DNA from: a virus | Length of the DNA: 5,791 bases | Virus record (IMG/VR): IMGVR_UViG_3300017753_003745 | Coordinates: 1-5,791 of that record | Reading direction: 5' to 3' (one strand) | In this document: piece by piece, positions 4,765-5,791 of the stretch | How positions within the stretch are numbered: the stretch's first letter is position 1 | Layout: each line of letters starts with the position of its first letter | The notes under the pieces: generated by a model | Database searches by the model: none | Told to the model about the DNA's origin: nothing | Seen by the model: only the letters and a program-made list of their open reading frames with translations | Position numbers and translations under genes: made by a program

Positions 4765-5691
4765 TCAATACGCACCGCGCATTTCACCCCTTTTCTGAGG
4801 TCCTTTCAAAGTTGTTACTGTTACTGGTGGTAAAAATTGTTTAGTTTTTCTTCTTCTGTTTCTAGAAAAATTTGCTGTACTTTCGTTGCTCATCAAAACC
4901 ATCGCTGTTTTTCTAGCGTCTGCTATTGCAACTCCCAGTCCAACCAACGAGCCAACAATATCTCCATATCGTTCCTCGTAATCTTCAACATTTGAAAAAT
5001 TTTCATCAATTTCCACGTCAGCACCGGCAAATTTTAAATCCAACGCTTCGTCGTCATAATTTCCGCGTGCTATTTCACTATTTATACTTTTTACCTGGGC
5101 TAATATTAAACTTTTATTTAACTCATCCATTCTACTTTCGTGAGAATAATTTTGTTGTCTTGTAAATTCCGCTAAACCTACATTTACGCCTGTTTCCAAT
5201 CCCGCTGCGATTGGATTTCTTGACAGGGTAGGGGTTGCATAAACCCCGTCCATCATAACACTTTGTGCCATTGTTCCTGCTACGGCTGTGCCGTATGCGC
5301 TACCGCCGCCGGCCCTTAACGCTGTTAAAGGGTTAATCCCTGCCTTTTGTGCGTCTTTTACCAAATTATCATAATAATTTTCACGCACTCCTGTATTGTA
5401 TTCTCTGCTTTCAACAACTTCTTTTTTATTACGTTCGTATACTCTTTCGCTTTCCGCTTTGTTTGCAGCCAACACCCTTGTGTTTTCTTTTTTAGCATCA
5501 TTTCTTGTTAAAATTGCGCCTGCCGTACTTGCTGCACTTGATGCCAAGGCCACTTTTGTGCCTGCACTTAATTTTCCTATTACACCCGCAGCTGCGGGAC
5601 CCATTGTTGCTATTGCTGCACCCCCTATAATTGCTTCTACAGGGTTTTTTATTATAGGACGTAATATTTTACGTTCGATCCATTTGAACAT
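4765..5691 (-). CDS. VP2: Minor capsid / DNA pilot protein (VP2 / phiX174 H-like)
   Basis: 308 aa. It has a Gly/Ala-rich hydrophobic N-terminus (AIIGGAAIATMGPAAAGVIGKLSAG), a central AGINPLTAL motif typical of microvirus VP2/H proteins as I recall them, a helical middle and a basic C-terminus. GGAG (5698-5701) lies 6 nt upstream of the ATG. The start abuts the stop of the micro-ORF (TAAATG). Confidence 0.75.
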   Translation of the reverse strand: MFKWIERKILRPIIKNPVEAIIGGAAIATMGPAAAGVIGKLSAGTKVALASSAASTAGAILTRNDAKKENTRVLAANKAESERVYERNKKEVVESREYNTGVRENYYDNLVKDAQKAGINPLTALRAGGGSAYGTAVAGTMAQSVMMDGVYATPTLSRNPIAAGLETGVNVGLAEFTRQQNYSHESRMDELNKSLILAQVKSINSEIARGNYDDEALDLKFAGADVEIDENFSNVEDYEERYGDIVGSLVGLGVAIADARKTAMVLMSNESTANFSRNRRRKTKQFLPPVTVTTLKGPQKRGEMRGAY

Positions 5692-5781
5692 TTATATCTC
5701 CATAATTATCGGTAATACGAACAAAATAAATCCGCCTATTACGCCAAAGCTAAGGCCTGATATTATTTCTTTAATCCACAT
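5692..5781 (-). CDS. 29-aa single-pass hydrophobic micro-ORF MWIKEIISGLSFGVIGGFILFVLPIIMEI (not in the ORF track)
   Basis: Hand translation of the minus strand gives ATG at 5779-5781 (= 39-41) and TAA at 5692-5694, directly followed by the VP2 ATG. A strong SD GGGAG lies 7 nt upstream (seen at 49-53; truncated at the window end in the second copy). The start overlaps the 67-aa ORF stop by 11 nt. There is one clear TM-length hydrophobic stretch. Confidence 0.45.
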   Translation of the reverse strand: MWIKEIISGLSFGVIGGFILFVLPIIMEI

Positions 5782-5791
5782 TCTTTCGCTC
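5741..5791. repeat. Terminal direct repeat, copy 2 (circularisation overlap)
   Basis: Base-for-base identical to 1-51 when read by eye. Confidence 0.95.

Larger units (their letters stand above)
1..5740 (-). other. One complete unit-length circular Microviridae-like ssDNA phage genome (coding strand = minus strand of the window)
   Basis: The exact 51-nt terminal redundancy (1-51 = 5741-5791) gives a 5,740-nt circle. The gene set is F-like capsid, H/VP2-like pilot and two-Tyr HUH Rep. Size, unidirectional genes and overlapping, tightly packed ORFs are all typical of Microviridae. Confidence 0.85.

Noticed and set aside
1543-5165. Other plus-strand ORFs of 60-90 aa (1543-1761, 1907-2101, 1995-2267, 2111-2338, 2707-2913, 3449-3685, 4477-4659, 4926-5165)
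   Set aside because: All lie wholly inside well-supported minus-strand genes. They have no recognisable motifs or SD sequences, and their compositions look like antisense shadow frames.
100-5640. Similarity between the 67-aa ORF (MIAGGLITMG) and the VP2 N-terminus (IIGGAAIATMG), suggesting duplication
   Set aside because: The match is short and dominated by Gly/Ala/Ile low-complexity composition, and the DNA shows no obvious identity. I treat it as compositional convergence of membrane helices unless a proper alignment says otherwise.
1-5791. tRNA, rRNA, CRISPR arrays, integrase/att sites, defence or toxin-antitoxin modules
   Set aside because: No cloverleaf-like segments, no spaced direct repeats and no recombinase-like ORFs were seen. 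All the sequence is accounted for by the phage genes and short intergenic hairpins.

Overview
The window is one complete circular Microviridae-like ssDNA phage genome of about 5,740 nt. Bases 1-51 are repeated exactly at 5741-5791, which is the signature of a linearised circular contig. All credible genes lie on the minus strand, so the given strand is the complement of the coding (virion-sense) strand. Going round the circle on the minus strand, the genes are: a 29-aa hydrophobic micro-ORF, a pilot/DNA-injection protein (VP2/H-like, 308 aa), the major capsid protein (VP1/F-like, 560 aa), a GC hairpin plus T-tract terminator, and a 176-aa candidate scaffolding/structural protein. These are followed by a zinc D,D-/L,D-peptidase of the M15 (VanY/T5-endolysin-like) family, a strong intergenic stem-loop, and a two-tyrosine HUH replication initiator (VP4/A-like, 344 aa). 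Next come a 150-aa extremely basic ORF overprinted on the rep 3' end, a short AT-rich control-like region, and a 67-aa Gly/Ala-rich two-helix membrane protein. The most interesting points are listed below. (1) A canonical peptidoglycan hydrolase sits in a phage family whose textbook lysis mode is a single-gene amurin. (2) Two tiny translationally coupled membrane proteins are candidate holin/amurin partners; one falls below the ORF-track cutoff, and its Shine-Dalgarno (SD) sequence is cut off at the right end of the window. (3) A large basic gene is overprinted on rep. (4) The VP2-VP1-VP4 gene order is not the gokushovirus order. (5) Three strong hairpins may mark a terminator, an origin and a start-site ambiguity. 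No tRNA, rRNA, CRISPR array, integrase or transposase was seen. All homology statements come from motif recognition by eye, not from searches.
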